Positions 19,499 through 29,809 of a DNA stretch of 64,000 nt are shown here, one piece after another. The stretch covers positions 1 to 64,000 of the forward strand of contig JBGUGD010000007.1 in the NCBI GenBank assembly GCA_041697335.1, read 5' to 3'. Both the position numbers and the translations under genes were made by a program. Position 1 is the stretch's first letter. Every line of letters starts with the position of its first letter. This DNA comes from Vampirovibrionaceae bacterium NZW_1234. Its GTDB lineage: Bacteria; Cyanobacteriota; Vampirovibrionia; Vampirovibrionales; JAGQHJ01. The notes under the pieces were generated by a model that ran no database searches, was not told the origin of the DNA, and saw only the letters and a list, made by a program, of their open reading frames with translations.

Positions 19499-19520
19499 AA
19501 AACACCCCTCAGGGTGTTGT
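19497..19520. terminator. probable intrinsic terminator between the convergent GRAS and glutamate-synthase-like genes
   Basis: AACACCC-ctca-GGGTGTT hairpin (19501-19518) preceded by an A run, i.e. a U tract on the minus strand. Confidence 0.55.
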
Positions 19521-19547
19521 CCGCGTTCGATGTCAACTCTTCAGCCC

Positions 19548-21065
19548 TTACGGCCGGATTAAAAACGGCTCGTTGGGATTGGCCTGCTGCCAATACCGGC
19601 GATACTTCTTGGGCAGTTTCCACAGCCAAAGCGACAATAACGCCCCGGGTGGCAAAAACTCGTAGACCTCATCCAGGGTCGCCATATCACCATAGCCAAT
19701 TCGTTTCTGGATATGAAAGGGCCGGATGTCCTGTGGGTGCTCCACACCGGCAATGGACAACAGGTCCATGACCTCGTCCAGCGTGATGCGGTGGTAGTTG
19801 TACAGGCGCTCCGTGTTGAGGGCGGTATCAAAGTTCCGTATCAGCCACGGGCTTTGCGTGGCAATGCCCTTCAGGCATGTCCCCTTGTAACACTCGCGCT
19901 GCTGATCACAGCCCACAGCCAGCATCATCCCGCGCGCCGTCGAACACAAATCGGCCCCCCGCGCCAGCTTGGAGAAGATGTCTCGCTCCGTGAACACCCG
20001 CCCCGAGGCAATAATCTTAATGTGCTGCCGAAGGTTGGTTCCCATCAGTGCGTTGTGAATGAACAGAAGCGCATCATCCAAAGGAGATCCTGTAAAGCCG
20101 GATGCTCCTTTGGAGACACCTGCGCTTCCGGCTTCCATGCCATCCACTGTGATAAAGTCCAACAGAATCCCGGTCTTTCGCATGGCCTTGCAAATGGCCA
20201 GGAACCAGTGACGGTGACTCAACCCCAGCTTGATGCCCACCGGCTTGCCCTGGGCCAATTCACGCAGCTGCTGAACAAAATACATCAGCTCCATGGGGGT
20301 CGAAAACGAGGAATGACGGTCTTGAAGCTCCACACAACTGCTGAGGGGAACACCCAAAACCTTGGCCAACCCGATGGTTAATTCCTGTGCCGGAAGCGAC
20401 TTGCGCGGCTCCACTCCCTGGGAGAGCTTCAGCTCAATCATCCGCACATTAGGCAGGGTCGCTTTTTTCTGAAACTGCACCGGGTCAAACTGCCCGTTCT
20501 TGTCACGACAGCCGAAATACCCGGTTCCCACCTGCCACACCACATCCCCGGCCTGATGCGACTCCGGATAGTACCCGGCATGCAAGGCCTCCAGAAACGT
20601 ATCCATCTCAAAGTCGTTGGTGTCGATATCGATATCCACCCCGAAGTGATAGGGGCTGATGCCCGCCTCACCCGTGTTCTGAAAAAACTCCCCGCGCCGG
20701 GCCGCCTGATTCAACGCCAGGATAAAATTCTTGCTCATGGGCCCATAACTTAAGGCGGCACAGTTGAATACCGATGCCGCATAGGGCTGCTCACACTGCG
20801 GCCCACCCACGACGATTCTGGGCTGGCGGGCCATTCTCGGGGCTTTGATGTACGAGGGCAGCAACGATTCGTACCCAAGCTGCTCTACATCTTCCGTTGT
20901 GCCAAAGGCCTCCACTTGCCGAATACCCAGAGCCCGTTCGGCAATCAGTCGAGCAATCTCGTCCGCAATGGGCTTGGCTTGGACCGCTGGTTTCTCACGC
21001 AGGCCATTGACAAAGTACATCGTACTCTCGTTCATGGATAAGCGATTGCGAAAGCGTTTGACCAT
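19548..21065 (-). CDS. FMN-binding glutamate synthase family protein (stand-alone YerD-like FMN domain)
   Basis: ALSYGPMS, NTGEAG, WQVGTGYFGCR, ELKLSQG, KPVGIK, DFITVDG, IASG, ARGMMLAVGC...CYKGTCLKGIATQ (Fe-S Cys cluster). Confidence 0.9.
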   Translation of the reverse strand: MVKRFRNRLSMNESTMYFVNGLREKPAVQAKPIADEIARLIAERALGIRQVEAFGTTEDVEQLGYESLLPSYIKAPRMARQPRIVVGGPQCEQPYAASVFNCAALSYGPMSKNFILALNQAARRGEFFQNTGEAGISPYHFGVDIDIDTNDFEMDTFLEALHAGYYPESHQAGDVVWQVGTGYFGCRDKNGQFDPVQFQKKATLPNVRMIELKLSQGVEPRKSLPAQELTIGLAKVLGVPLSSCVELQDRHSSFSTPMELMYFVQQLRELAQGKPVGIKLGLSHRHWFLAICKAMRKTGILLDFITVDGMEAGSAGVSKGASGFTGSPLDDALLFIHNALMGTNLRQHIKIIASGRVFTERDIFSKLARGADLCSTARGMMLAVGCDQQRECYKGTCLKGIATQSPWLIRNFDTALNTERLYNYHRITLDEVMDLLSIAGVEHPQDIRPFHIQKRIGYGDMATLDEVYEFLPPGALLSLWLWKLPKKYRRYWQQANPNEPFLIRP

Positions 21066-21475
21066 AGCCAATGACCCTTTTCTCGACCGTACTCCATCGA
21101 GGTCCTCGTGTTCCGAGAACCTGAAGCCTCGTCATTGATGCGATAACTACCCCTCGATCCTGACGATGCCCGAGACATGAACGTTGGGTATGTCCTTGTT
21201 CCAGCCCGTTTTTACTGCGGCTGTACCCATCGTCATGCGTCTTTATTATCAAGATTCCCAGAACCCAAAACGGATAAACTGCCCAACTGGGTAATCCTCT
21301 GAAACCGCCTCTATGATTGTTTTTAAAAGATTATTGAATTCATAATAATTTACATTACTTTTTTGAAATTTGCGCTAAAATCATCAAAGGTGCATCTACC
21401 CGTAAACAAGACCCACTGCCTCGGGTTTTGTAACAGATAGGCCTTTTTTGCGGAATCCATATTCATCCCTTTCTT

Positions 21476-23392
21476 ATGACAAATCACGCTTTAGCTAACC
21501 CCTTCCTTGATCAGCTGTCTTATTGTCTTTTAAATCACCAAGGACAGATTATTGACTGTTCCCGTAAAACAGCAGGGCTGTTCGGAAGTTCGCCGGAGGA
21601 CCTGCAAGGGCACTCTATTGTCGATGTGCTTCGGATAACCTCGGAAATTCCTGCAACCTTCGAGGGGATGTTAAGCCAAGCCAATGCCACTGGGGAGCTG
21701 CGTTTTGAAGCCGAGTATTCCCCTGCTGAGGGTTCTGCCTGCCACTTCGAAGCTACCCTGACACCTTGTCGCATTGCAGAGGGCCAGGACGAGGGCGCTC
21801 TTCTCCAGATTTGGGATGTGACCCACCACAAGCAGCTCGAAAGAAAGCTCCGGGAGCGCAAAGAGCTTTTTTCTTCAACCTTCTACCAGGCCGCCGTTGG
21901 TATGGTTCATGTGAATATGTCCGACGCCCGCTTTCTCGGGGCCAATAATACCATCTGTGAGATGCTGGGCTATACCGAGGAAGAATTCTGCTCCAAGACC
22001 ATTATGGATGTCACGCATCCGGATGATATTTTATCGGACTTGGATAACACCAAGCGGATGATTGACGGTGAAATCAACATGTTTAGCATTGAAAAGCGCC
22101 TTCTGCGCAAGGATGGCTCTTCGGTGTGGACAAGGCTCACGGCCGCTTCCGTTTCTCGGGATGAGCAGGGCCATGCCAAATACGGCATGGCTGTTGTAGA
22201 GGATATCACTCAGATTAAAGAAGCTCAGGATGCGTTGAAGGAATCCGAAGAGCGCTTTAAAACCTTGGCCGATTCCGCCCCGGTTTTAATCTTTATGACC
22301 GACACGAACGCCAATCATCTGTACGTTAACAAGAACTATCTCAACTATACGGGGCTCACCTATAGCGATCTTTTGGGTACCCAATGGCAAAATAGGATTC
22401 ATCCTGAGGACCGGGAAGAATACCTTTCACGGATGGCCTCGGCCTGTCAGCATCAGGAGTCACTTCGGGCTGAAGTTCGCATTAATCGCAACGACGGCCA
22501 ATATGGATGGGTATTGGTGTCGGTTGTGCCGCGCTATACAGCCACCGGACTATTTATGGGCTTTGTTGGCAGCGGCATCGATATTACGGATAAAAAGCTT
22601 CTTGAAGAGTCTCTGGAAAAAGCAAAGGTCACCGCCGAAGATCTCAACCGACGCAAGAGCGAGTTTCTCTCCATGATGTCTCACGAACTGCGGACACCCT
22701 TGAATTCCATTATCGGGTACTCCAGCATTATTCAAAACAACATGGCCGGCCCCCTGAACGACAATCAGAGCAAGTTCATTCAGAATGTGGTTTATAGCGG
22801 TAAGCACCTGTTGAACCTGGTCAATGACCTTCTGGATCTGTCCAAGGTAGAAGCCGGGAAAATGAAAATTACCGTTTCTCAGTTTGACCTTCCCGTACTG
22901 GTCCAAGACGTCCAATCCATGTTGAACGATTTGGCCCATCGAAAAAATATTACCCTGACCTTCAGTATTCAGCCTGGTATTACCACCGTTCAAGCCGATC
23001 CCGAACGGTTCAAACAGATTCTAATTAATCTCATTACCAATGGAATCAAATTTAATCGCCCCGGTGGCGAGGTCCGTGTACGTTTGTTCAAGCGGGATGA
23101 TGATGCCTGGCTCATTGGTCAGGTCCAGGACTCGGGGATTGGGATTCCAAAGAGCAAGTTTGCAAATCTGTTTGGTAAATTCTATCAGGTCGACACATCT
23201 CCAGCCCGTTCCAATGAAGGCAGTGGTCTGGGATTGGCCTTGACCAAAGAATTGATTGAACTGCATGGGGGGACAATTGAAGTGGATAGTGAAGAAGGGG
23301 TTGGAACCACATTTACGTTCCGCCTTCCCACTGTCCAGACCGTGGTGGTGAAGGGAACACACAATGACGCAGTCCGTAATTCTTCTCGTTGA
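21476..23392 (+). CDS. cytoplasmic multi-PAS sensor histidine kinase
   Basis: Three PAS/PAC domains (THPDD, IHPED), H-box SHELRTPL, NLITNGIKF, DSGIGI, GSGLGL. Confidence 0.95.
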   Translation: MTNHALANPFLDQLSYCLLNHQGQIIDCSRKTAGLFGSSPEDLQGHSIVDVLRITSEIPATFEGMLSQANATGELRFEAEYSPAEGSACHFEATLTPCRIAEGQDEGALLQIWDVTHHKQLERKLRERKELFSSTFYQAAVGMVHVNMSDARFLGANNTICEMLGYTEEEFCSKTIMDVTHPDDILSDLDNTKRMIDGEINMFSIEKRLLRKDGSSVWTRLTAASVSRDEQGHAKYGMAVVEDITQIKEAQDALKESEERFKTLADSAPVLIFMTDTNANHLYVNKNYLNYTGLTYSDLLGTQWQNRIHPEDREEYLSRMASACQHQESLRAEVRINRNDGQYGWVLVSVVPRYTATGLFMGFVGSGIDITDKKLLEESLEKAKVTAEDLNRRKSEFLSMMSHELRTPLNSIIGYSSIIQNNMAGPLNDNQSKFIQNVVYSGKHLLNLVNDLLDLSKVEAGKMKITVSQFDLPVLVQDVQSMLNDLAHRKNITLTFSIQPGITTVQADPERFKQILINLITNGIKFNRPGGEVRVRLFKRDDDAWLIGQVQDSGIGIPKSKFANLFGKFYQVDTSPARSNEGSGLGLALTKELIELHGGTIEVDSEEGVGTTFTFRLPTVQTVVVKGTHNDAVRNSSR

Positions 23393-23735
23393 AGATAATA
23401 TTATGAATCTGAATATGGCAACCTTTTTGCTGCAACGTGCCGGCTTTCAGACCCTTGAAGCGGAAGATGCTGTCACAGGAATTCGTCTGGCACAAGAGCA
23501 TCAGCCGGATCTGATCTTATTGGATATTCATTTGCCCGGGCTCGATGGGTATGATGCAGCCCGCATTATCAAGGCCAATCCGGATACCGCGCATATCAAT
23601 GTCGTCGCGTTCACGGCACATGCCATGGAGGATGAGCTCCAGAAAGCCTTGGCATGTGGGTGTGTGGGTATTATTTCAAAGCCCATTAATGTCGAATCCT
23701 TTGCACAGGACGTGGCTCAATTTCTAAAGACATAG
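23364..23735 (+). CDS. single-domain response regulator (CheY/DivK-like)
   Basis: LLVEDN, PDLILLDIHLPGLDG, FTA, SKPI; overlaps the kinase 3' end. Confidence 0.95.
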   Translation: MTQSVILLVEDNIMNLNMATFLLQRAGFQTLEAEDAVTGIRLAQEHQPDLILLDIHLPGLDGYDAARIIKANPDTAHINVVAFTAHAMEDELQKALACGCVGIISKPINVESFAQDVAQFLKT

Positions 23736-24142
23736 TGTCCATCCATTGGCCTCTTGTTTCAAGGTCAGGCATTATTTTACATGCCTCACTATCAGAGCGT
23801 ATTCTTCATAACCTCCTACTTCCAAGTCGCCTGGTGAAACTGTTGAGGGGTGGATAAGCGATGAGACTTCGAAAACATTACAACAAAATGTAAAGCTTGA
23901 AATCACGAAGAATACTTATCTCCAATGCAAGTACATCGGTCAGGTGCTTTCTTTTGATTGTTTTAAAATCGCAAAGCAATGACCATTTCTACTGGAACAA
24001 CGCATCACGGTCGTGTCGAATTAAAAAACGATCTAAAGTCTCAAATACCCCCGTCGATAAGAGCATACATTTTGTAATGCCGTAATAAAAAGTTGTGTGG
24101 CAAGCGAAACGCTCTGATAACGGATGATTAAAGGAGACTGAG

Positions 24143-24625
24143 ATGAGTAAAGTCAAAGCGATTCCTGATGGGTACCAGGTTATTATTCCCTACCTGACCG
24201 TTCATAATGTTCCGGAAGCCATTGAATTCTATAAGAAAGCATTTGGCGCAGAAGAGCGCGTCCGGGTTCCTGGTTTTCATGGAAAAGTGGGGCATGCAGA
24301 AATTTTAATCGATGGTCACGCCATTATGTTGACGGATGAGTTTTCCTACCTGGAGGCTGTCAGCCCAAGAACCCTTGGGGGGACCACCATGGGAATCCAC
24401 TTGTATGTCGAAGATGTGGATGCCGTTGTTGCGCGCGCCCTGGAAGCCGGGTGTCGGATTGTGTTCCCCATTGAAGATCAATTCTGTGGAAACCGCTCCT
24501 GTGGGCTGGCCGATCCGTTTGGCCACAACTGGTATGTGGCGACCCACACAGAAGACATGACCTATGAGGAAATGTGTCGTCGTGGCGCCGAAGCCGCCAA
24601 GGCGGCAGAAGTCCTGACCAACTAG
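24143..24625 (+). CDS. VOC/glyoxalase (PhnB-like) family protein
   Basis: PYLTV...AIEFYKKAFGA, HAEI, LYVEDVDA...A..AG, DPFGHNW; AAGGAG RBS. Confidence 0.92.
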   Translation: MSKVKAIPDGYQVIIPYLTVHNVPEAIEFYKKAFGAEERVRVPGFHGKVGHAEILIDGHAIMLTDEFSYLEAVSPRTLGGTTMGIHLYVEDVDAVVARALEAGCRIVFPIEDQFCGNRSCGLADPFGHNWYVATHTEDMTYEEMCRRGAEAAKAAEVLTN

Positions 24626-24645
24626 GGTTGATTCGAATCACTCGT

Positions 24646-24678
24646 GAATGAGGAGCCGAGATAAAAGGCTCCTCATTC
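24646..24678. terminator. 12-bp perfect hairpin after the VOC gene (terminator or mRNA stabiliser)
   Basis: GAATGAGGAGCC-9 nt-GGCTCCTCATTC; no clear U tract. Confidence 0.5.
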
Positions 24679-24781
24679 CGATAATACGTTGTGAGACGCC
24701 AGGGTGTTTTCTGCGTTCATGCGGATTAACAGCCGAGATGGCCTTTGGTTCACCTGCGTGCGAAGGACGAGGATTTTTGTT

Positions 24782-25309
24782 ATGTCTAATCAACACTATC
24801 ATTTAGCCCACCTCAATATCGGTCTTGCTCGGGCTCCCCTGTTTGATCCTGTGATGGCTGGGTTTCTGGCCAAGCTGGAGGAGATGAATAACCTGGCTTA
24901 CGACAGCCCCGGCTTTGTCTGGCATTTAAAAATCGATATTTATAATCCCGAGGATTTAGCCATGTATGGCGAACCCGGTGTCTTATTTAATTTGTCTGTC
25001 TGGGAGTCCGTCGAATCGCTCTATACCTATGTTTACCGATCCCAGCATGGGACCATGATGAAATCCCGCAGAGACTGGTTTAACCCGATGGACGGTCCGA
25101 GTTATGCCTTGTGGTGGTTGCCGGTGGAAGAACTGCCCACGCTGGCGGATGGGAAAAAGCGTATTGCCCATCTGGCAGCCCATGGGCCAACGCCCCATGC
25201 CTTTACGTTTAAAGACAGCTTTCCCAACCCGGCTGCTGTGCCTCAACCCCAACGCGAGGGCGCGTTGATATTACAACCCCAGTCGAGTCTGAGGCCACTT
25301 CAGCCGTAA
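24782..25309 (+). CDS. DUF3291 domain protein (ABM-like fold)
   Basis: HLAHLNI, SPGFVWHL, NLSVWESVESL..YVYRS.H....RRDWF, LWW, HGPTPHAFTF; GAGG RBS before ATG 24782. Confidence 0.88.
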   Translation: MSNQHYHLAHLNIGLARAPLFDPVMAGFLAKLEEMNNLAYDSPGFVWHLKIDIYNPEDLAMYGEPGVLFNLSVWESVESLYTYVYRSQHGTMMKSRRDWFNPMDGPSYALWWLPVEELPTLADGKKRIAHLAAHGPTPHAFTFKDSFPNPAAVPQPQREGALILQPQSSLRPLQP

Positions 25310-25492
25310 CCTGGGTTCCGTCTCCGATTTTGTCTTTTTTTAAGGTGGATTTAATCATGAAGGCCTTTTGATTGGAGGGAGTTCCGGCGTTATTCCGGCG
25401 CGTTGCCTTCTGTTTTTTGATGTTGCATTCCGGTGATGCTTACGCTATTTCTGACAAGATTATGTATCGGATAGAAAAATAAAGGATGCCCT

Positions 25493-26221
25493 GTGAACGT
25501 TCTGATTGTTTATGCCCACCCGGAGCCCCAAAGTTTTAATGGTGCGCTTCTCCAAATCGCCATGGAGACCTTGACAGCCCAGGGGCACGCGGTGCAGGTT
25601 TCCGATTTGTATGCCATGAACTTTAACCCCGTCTCTGACCGGCAAAACTTTACCACGGTGAAAGACCCGGATTATTACAAGCAACAACAGGAAGAACTCC
25701 ACGCCACGGACCATGACGGCTTTGCCCCAGACATCCAGGCTGAGATGGACAAGCTTGCGTGGTGTGATGTTTTGCTACTGCAGTTTCCACTGTGGTGGTT
25801 TGGAATGCCTGCGATTCTCAAGGGCTGGGTTGATCGGGTTTTTGCCATGGGAAAAATTTATGGCGGCGGAAAATGGTACGACGATGGGGCTTTTCAGGGG
25901 AAACGGGCACTCTGCTCAATTACCATCGGCGGGCCCGAGGCCATGTATCGCCCCGACGGCCTGAACGGTGATATTCATCAGATCCTTTTTCCGATTCATC
26001 ATGGGATCTTGTACTTTACCGGGTTTAGCGTCCTGCCCCCGTTTCTGGTGCACAGCCCTGCCCGAATCCCTGATGACGCCCGGCAAGCGTATCTGGCGCA
26101 ATTCCGGCATTATCTCGAAACGCTTGATACCTTGAAACCGCTCGACTATCCCCGGCTTTCCGATTATGATGAGTCTTTCATTCTGAAACCGGTCGTAACC
26201 GCTGATGTCGTGAAAGGATAG
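25493..26221 (+). CDS. NAD(P)H:quinone oxidoreductase (flavodoxin-2 / NQO family)
   Basis: VLIVYAHPEPQSFN, SDLYAMNFNP, QFPLWWFGMPAILKGWVDRV. Confidence 0.93.
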   Translation: MNVLIVYAHPEPQSFNGALLQIAMETLTAQGHAVQVSDLYAMNFNPVSDRQNFTTVKDPDYYKQQQEELHATDHDGFAPDIQAEMDKLAWCDVLLLQFPLWWFGMPAILKGWVDRVFAMGKIYGGGKWYDDGAFQGKRALCSITIGGPEAMYRPDGLNGDIHQILFPIHHGILYFTGFSVLPPFLVHSPARIPDDARQAYLAQFRHYLETLDTLKPLDYPRLSDYDESFILKPVVTADVVKG

Positions 26222-26225
26222 TTCC

Positions 26226-27335
26226 ATGGCAGTAACATCGCAACACCTGCTTTCCTCGTTTCAACTGGGGGATTTGACTCTGGCCAACCGTGTGGTGATG
26301 GCCCCAATGACCCGGGGGCGTGCCGGGAAAGAACGTATTCCCAATGCCATGATGGCCGAGTATTACGCACAGCGGGCCAGTGCAGGCCTCATCATTACCG
26401 AAGCCACCAGCATCTCCGAACAGGGGCTGGGCTGGGTGGATGCGCCCGGCATTTATAAGCCCGAGCAAACCCAAGGCTGGAAGCAGGTGGTGGATGCCGT
26501 ACACCAGAAAGGTGGCAAGATATACCTGCAACTGTGGCATTGCGGTCGGGCGTCTCACACCAGTTTCCACCCTGACCTTGGTTTGCCGGTTGCGCCCTCG
26601 GCCATTGCCATTTCCGGCGATCATATTCACACCCCCAACGGTAAACAGCCCTACGAAGTGCCTCGTGCCCTGGAAACCCACGAGATTCCCGGCATTGTGG
26701 AGGACTACAGAAAGGCTGCTGAGCAAGCCCGCCTGGCTGGCTTTGATGGTGTTGAAATCCACGGTGCCAACGGCTACCTGATTGATCAGTTCCTGCAGGA
26801 CAAGACCAATCACCGCACCGATGTCTACGGTGGTCCTATCGAAAACCGGGCCCGGTTTTTATTGGAGATTGTCGATGCCATCTGCACCGTCTGGCCCAAG
26901 GAGCGAGTTGGGGTCCGTATCTCCCCGAATGGCGTCTTTAATGACATGGGCGACTCCGACGCTCGTGCAACGTTCTTTTACGTGGCCCAGCAATTAGACC
27001 TGCGCCAAATCGGCTACCTCCACGTCATGGACGGCTTGGGTTTCGGCTTTCATGGAATTGGCCAGCCCCTGCTGTTGGGTGAATTCCGGGAGCATTTCCA
27101 CCGGGCCTTAATCGGCAATGTCGGCTACACGCAGGAAAATGCGGAAGACACCCTGGCCCGCCAAGATGCCGATCTGATCGCCTTTGGCCGCCCCTTCATC
27201 TCCAATCCCGATCTGGTAGAGCGCTTCCGTCACAACCAGCCTCTGGAAGCTTTTGACGATATGTCTCACTGGTACACCCCCGGTCCTGAAGGCTATACGG
27301 ACTACCGTCCTTTCGCCGAAGCAGCGCATGTTTAG
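26226..27335 (+). CDS. nemA: old yellow enzyme / alkene reductase (NemA-like)
   Basis: NRVVMAPMTR, QLWHCGR, AGFDGVEIHGANGYLIDQF, NHRTDVYGG, FGRPFISNPDL. Confidence 0.93.
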   Translation: MAVTSQHLLSSFQLGDLTLANRVVMAPMTRGRAGKERIPNAMMAEYYAQRASAGLIITEATSISEQGLGWVDAPGIYKPEQTQGWKQVVDAVHQKGGKIYLQLWHCGRASHTSFHPDLGLPVAPSAIAISGDHIHTPNGKQPYEVPRALETHEIPGIVEDYRKAAEQARLAGFDGVEIHGANGYLIDQFLQDKTNHRTDVYGGPIENRARFLLEIVDAICTVWPKERVGVRISPNGVFNDMGDSDARATFFYVAQQLDLRQIGYLHVMDGLGFGFHGIGQPLLLGEFREHFHRALIGNVGYTQENAEDTLARQDADLIAFGRPFISNPDLVERFRHNQPLEAFDDMSHWYTPGPEGYTDYRPFAEAAHV

Positions 27336-27744
27336 TCGGGTCGTCCCTTTTTTACCTTCTCCCACTGTATCTTCTCCCTGCAAGCGTCTTTTTCGTTTGG
27401 GTGCGCTCGTTGCAGCTGGGCTCGTGATGGGGGTGATGGCCTATTTCACCCTAAATCCGGTTGCCCAAGGCAACACGCCCGAACCCAAAACACCGTTTGA
27501 ACAGGACATTCGTGAACTAAAGGTCAACCTGCCCGCTGATGCAGCCCGCTTTATCGATCGACGGGTGGGCTGTAATCATTGGTGGGGGGAAGAGCCTTTT
27601 GATTCCGAGCGGGCCCAGGAGATTTCCCGAGCCTTAGAGCACTTCCGCTGCGAGCGCTTGGAAAAAGATGAGCAGGCACTTTTCAAGAAATACAAGGACA
27701 GCGCTCGCGTTATTCAGGCCTTGAAGAAAGCCCAACGGCTGTAA
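27328..27744 (+). CDS. small exported or membrane-anchored hypothetical protein
   Basis: Hydrophobic N-terminal segment; conserved-looking RRVGCNHWWGEEPFDSERA...C motif; ATG overlaps the OYE 3' end. Confidence 0.6.
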   Translation: MFSRVVPFLPSPTVSSPCKRLFRLGALVAAGLVMGVMAYFTLNPVAQGNTPEPKTPFEQDIRELKVNLPADAARFIDRRVGCNHWWGEEPFDSERAQEISRALEHFRCERLEKDEQALFKKYKDSARVIQALKKAQRL

Positions 27745-27751
27745 ACGCCAA

Positions 27752-29029
27752 TCACTGCCGCTTCAGATCGTTGAGGATCCATTCAAAGATGGGTCTGGGA
27801 GACTCGTTGGGGTTGAGCAGATCCGGGACCTCCTGCGAGCGGGTGCGGGTCGTGCCGTCGATGAGGTCGATGTGATCCAGGGAGGGAAACAGCCGGGCCG
27901 AGGTGTTGTTTTTTAGCGCCACCAGCGTTCCCCAAAGCTTGTTCATGGGGTCGTCCTCCAGGGCCAACCCGTCGCTGAAACGTCCCAGCCACAGGGAACT
28001 GCTAATGGGGCTGATGCCATCGTTGTAAAGCATCAGGGGGGCACTGTTGCTGTCAGGCTGCTCCGGTAAGGCGTTCATACTGGCCGAGGCTGCCGTCAGT
28101 TTTTCTCGATCGTCGGGTGGGTTTTTGAAGGCCCGCCGAACGACGGGCAGCTTGGAGATATTGTTTTCCACCAGCGAGAAGATGAAGTGTTTCGAGAACA
28201 AGTGCCTGGCTTGATGACGTTCCTTGGGCAAGGATCTCGAATTCGCCAGACGCGTCAGCAGGTACTTGGTGCTATTGTCCGTGGAGCCAAAGAAGCTGCC
28301 ATAGGTAATGAACTTATGCTGAAATGCCTTGTAATCCTGTTCGGCCTTGGGGAATACCGTGATGTTCGGGTTATTGCACAACGAACAGTCAAAGTTGTCC
28401 CAATGAAAGTCCTTCTCGAATCCGGGAAACTTTTTTTCCGTGACCCAGTAAACCAGCCCGCTGGTCATCCGGACCGGATTCATGGGGTGCCCATTTTTGA
28501 ACTGTTCTCGCATCCAGCTGGGGTGTGCCAGGGGGCTCCCGTGAAACGGGGTGCCAATCGTCAGAACGGCGTCGGTTTGGGCGTTGATCTCCGGATTGTG
28601 CATGACATTGCGATAGAGCAGGCCCCCTTCACTGTAGGCCAGAACCTTGTACCGGACACCGGGGTGAAGGTTTGAAAACTGATCCAGCAGTACCGCCAAG
28701 TTTTCGCTGAGTAAAGGCAGATCCTTGGACGTGTCGTAGCGGAGCAGGTAGATTTTAAAACGTCGCTGGAACTCGTCGTCGCGCCTGGCGTAGTTTAAAA
28801 ACGGAGCCCAATGATAGTATTCTTCTTTTTCGGCATTGATGCCATGGATCAGAATCAGGGGCGTGCGGTTTTCAAGGGGGATACTCGTAAAGGTATCGAG
28901 GCTGACATCGGCCACTCGATGAATGGTTTCCAGCTTCTGAAGTGCTTGGGCTGATAGGGGCAGCATCAAGATCCAGATCATGAGGCTGGCGGTAAGGTAT
29001 TTTCGAGTCGCGGTCGATACTGGATTCAA
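27752..29029 (-). CDS. secreted alpha/beta hydrolase (lipase/PGAP1-like)
   Basis: Signal-peptide-like N-terminus ending AQA, LILIHG, nucleophile elbow AYSEGG, TIGTPFHGS, NDG, DH. Confidence 0.82.
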   Translation of the reverse strand: MNPVSTATRKYLTASLMIWILMLPLSAQALQKLETIHRVADVSLDTFTSIPLENRTPLILIHGINAEKEEYYHWAPFLNYARRDDEFQRRFKIYLLRYDTSKDLPLLSENLAVLLDQFSNLHPGVRYKVLAYSEGGLLYRNVMHNPEINAQTDAVLTIGTPFHGSPLAHPSWMREQFKNGHPMNPVRMTSGLVYWVTEKKFPGFEKDFHWDNFDCSLCNNPNITVFPKAEQDYKAFQHKFITYGSFFGSTDNSTKYLLTRLANSRSLPKERHQARHLFSKHFIFSLVENNISKLPVVRRAFKNPPDDREKLTAASASMNALPEQPDSNSAPLMLYNDGISPISSSLWLGRFSDGLALEDDPMNKLWGTLVALKNNTSARLFPSLDHIDLIDGTTRTRSQEVPDLLNPNESPRPIFEWILNDLKRQ

Positions 29030-29347
29030 GTCGTCTAACTCCCCTGACTTTCCCGGTAGCGTAACCCGGGAAGCTGCCTCTGGGTTTTTTCGTCCCTCGG
29101 TTCCCTAAGGGTGCCGGGGGCACATGTACATCATACCCATATTTCAATGTCATGAGTATCCTGCTTCGGGCTAGACTTTCATACAGCCCATCGCGATAGC
29201 TGACCTGGGTGTTTTCGGTTCCGCAAAGAAGGTTTTGCCAAGGCGTCTCTGCTCATTCGAAGAGGCCATTCACCAAACGTAACACTTTATCATCTTTACA
29301 AATTCAGGTGCATTGATGGGAACAGATAGTGTCACGAAAGGAATTGG

Positions 29348-29809
29348 ATGATGATCCCTGCTGTTAAGTTTTCTGCCGCAACGTCAGCCCCCACTGTGTC
29401 TGAGCGTGGAACGATTCAACCTCACGTTCGCCTGCAATCCGATTTGGATGATCCGGATCAGTACTATGCCCGTGCCCGTCAGATTGCGCGTGAGAGTCAA
29501 GGCGCCGTGTCGGATGTCGACTTTCCCATTGGCAGCGATGCCGCTGAGCAACTGGGAGAATTGACCGGTTTGGCCAATGGCCGCTTTAAGAGTGCCGTTG
29601 ATGTTTTAAAACAGATTGGCGATCTGGCCGGTGGTTTTGTGAACAGCTCTGACGATAAGGACGATGGTCAAACTCTCCTCAGGCAGCTGAAAAATCTGGG
29701 CGTCCCCCTGCCGGATTTGGCGGCCATTATGTCGAAAGGCAAAGCATATGAAGAACTGATCCTCAATGCCCTGGTGAAGGCTGCTAAACTCTCTGAGGGA
29801 CAAAAATAA
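29348..29809 (+). CDS. hypothetical protein
   Basis: 153-aa ORF with AAGGA RBS; N-terminus MIPAVKFSA. Confidence 0.65.
   Translation: MMIPAVKFSAATSAPTVSERGTIQPHVRLQSDLDDPDQYYARARQIARESQGAVSDVDFPIGSDAAEQLGELTGLANGRFKSAVDVLKQIGDLAGGFVNSSDDKDDGQTLLRQLKNLGVPLPDLAAIMSKGKAYEELILNALVKAAKLSEGQK

Noticed and set aside
19713..20381. 222-aa plus-strand ORF and similar overlapping ORFs (26178-26813, 28187-28675, 45285-45809)
   Set aside because: Antisense shadows of well-supported genes
17282..21071. Prophage call based on the terminase-small-like gene and GC shift
   Set aside because: No integrase, large terminase, portal, capsid or att repeats seen
21160..21200. CGTTCAT on the minus strand resembling the start of the glnA glutamine riboswitch
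   Set aside because: The downstream conserved CGGAAG and GAAGGAACG elements are absent
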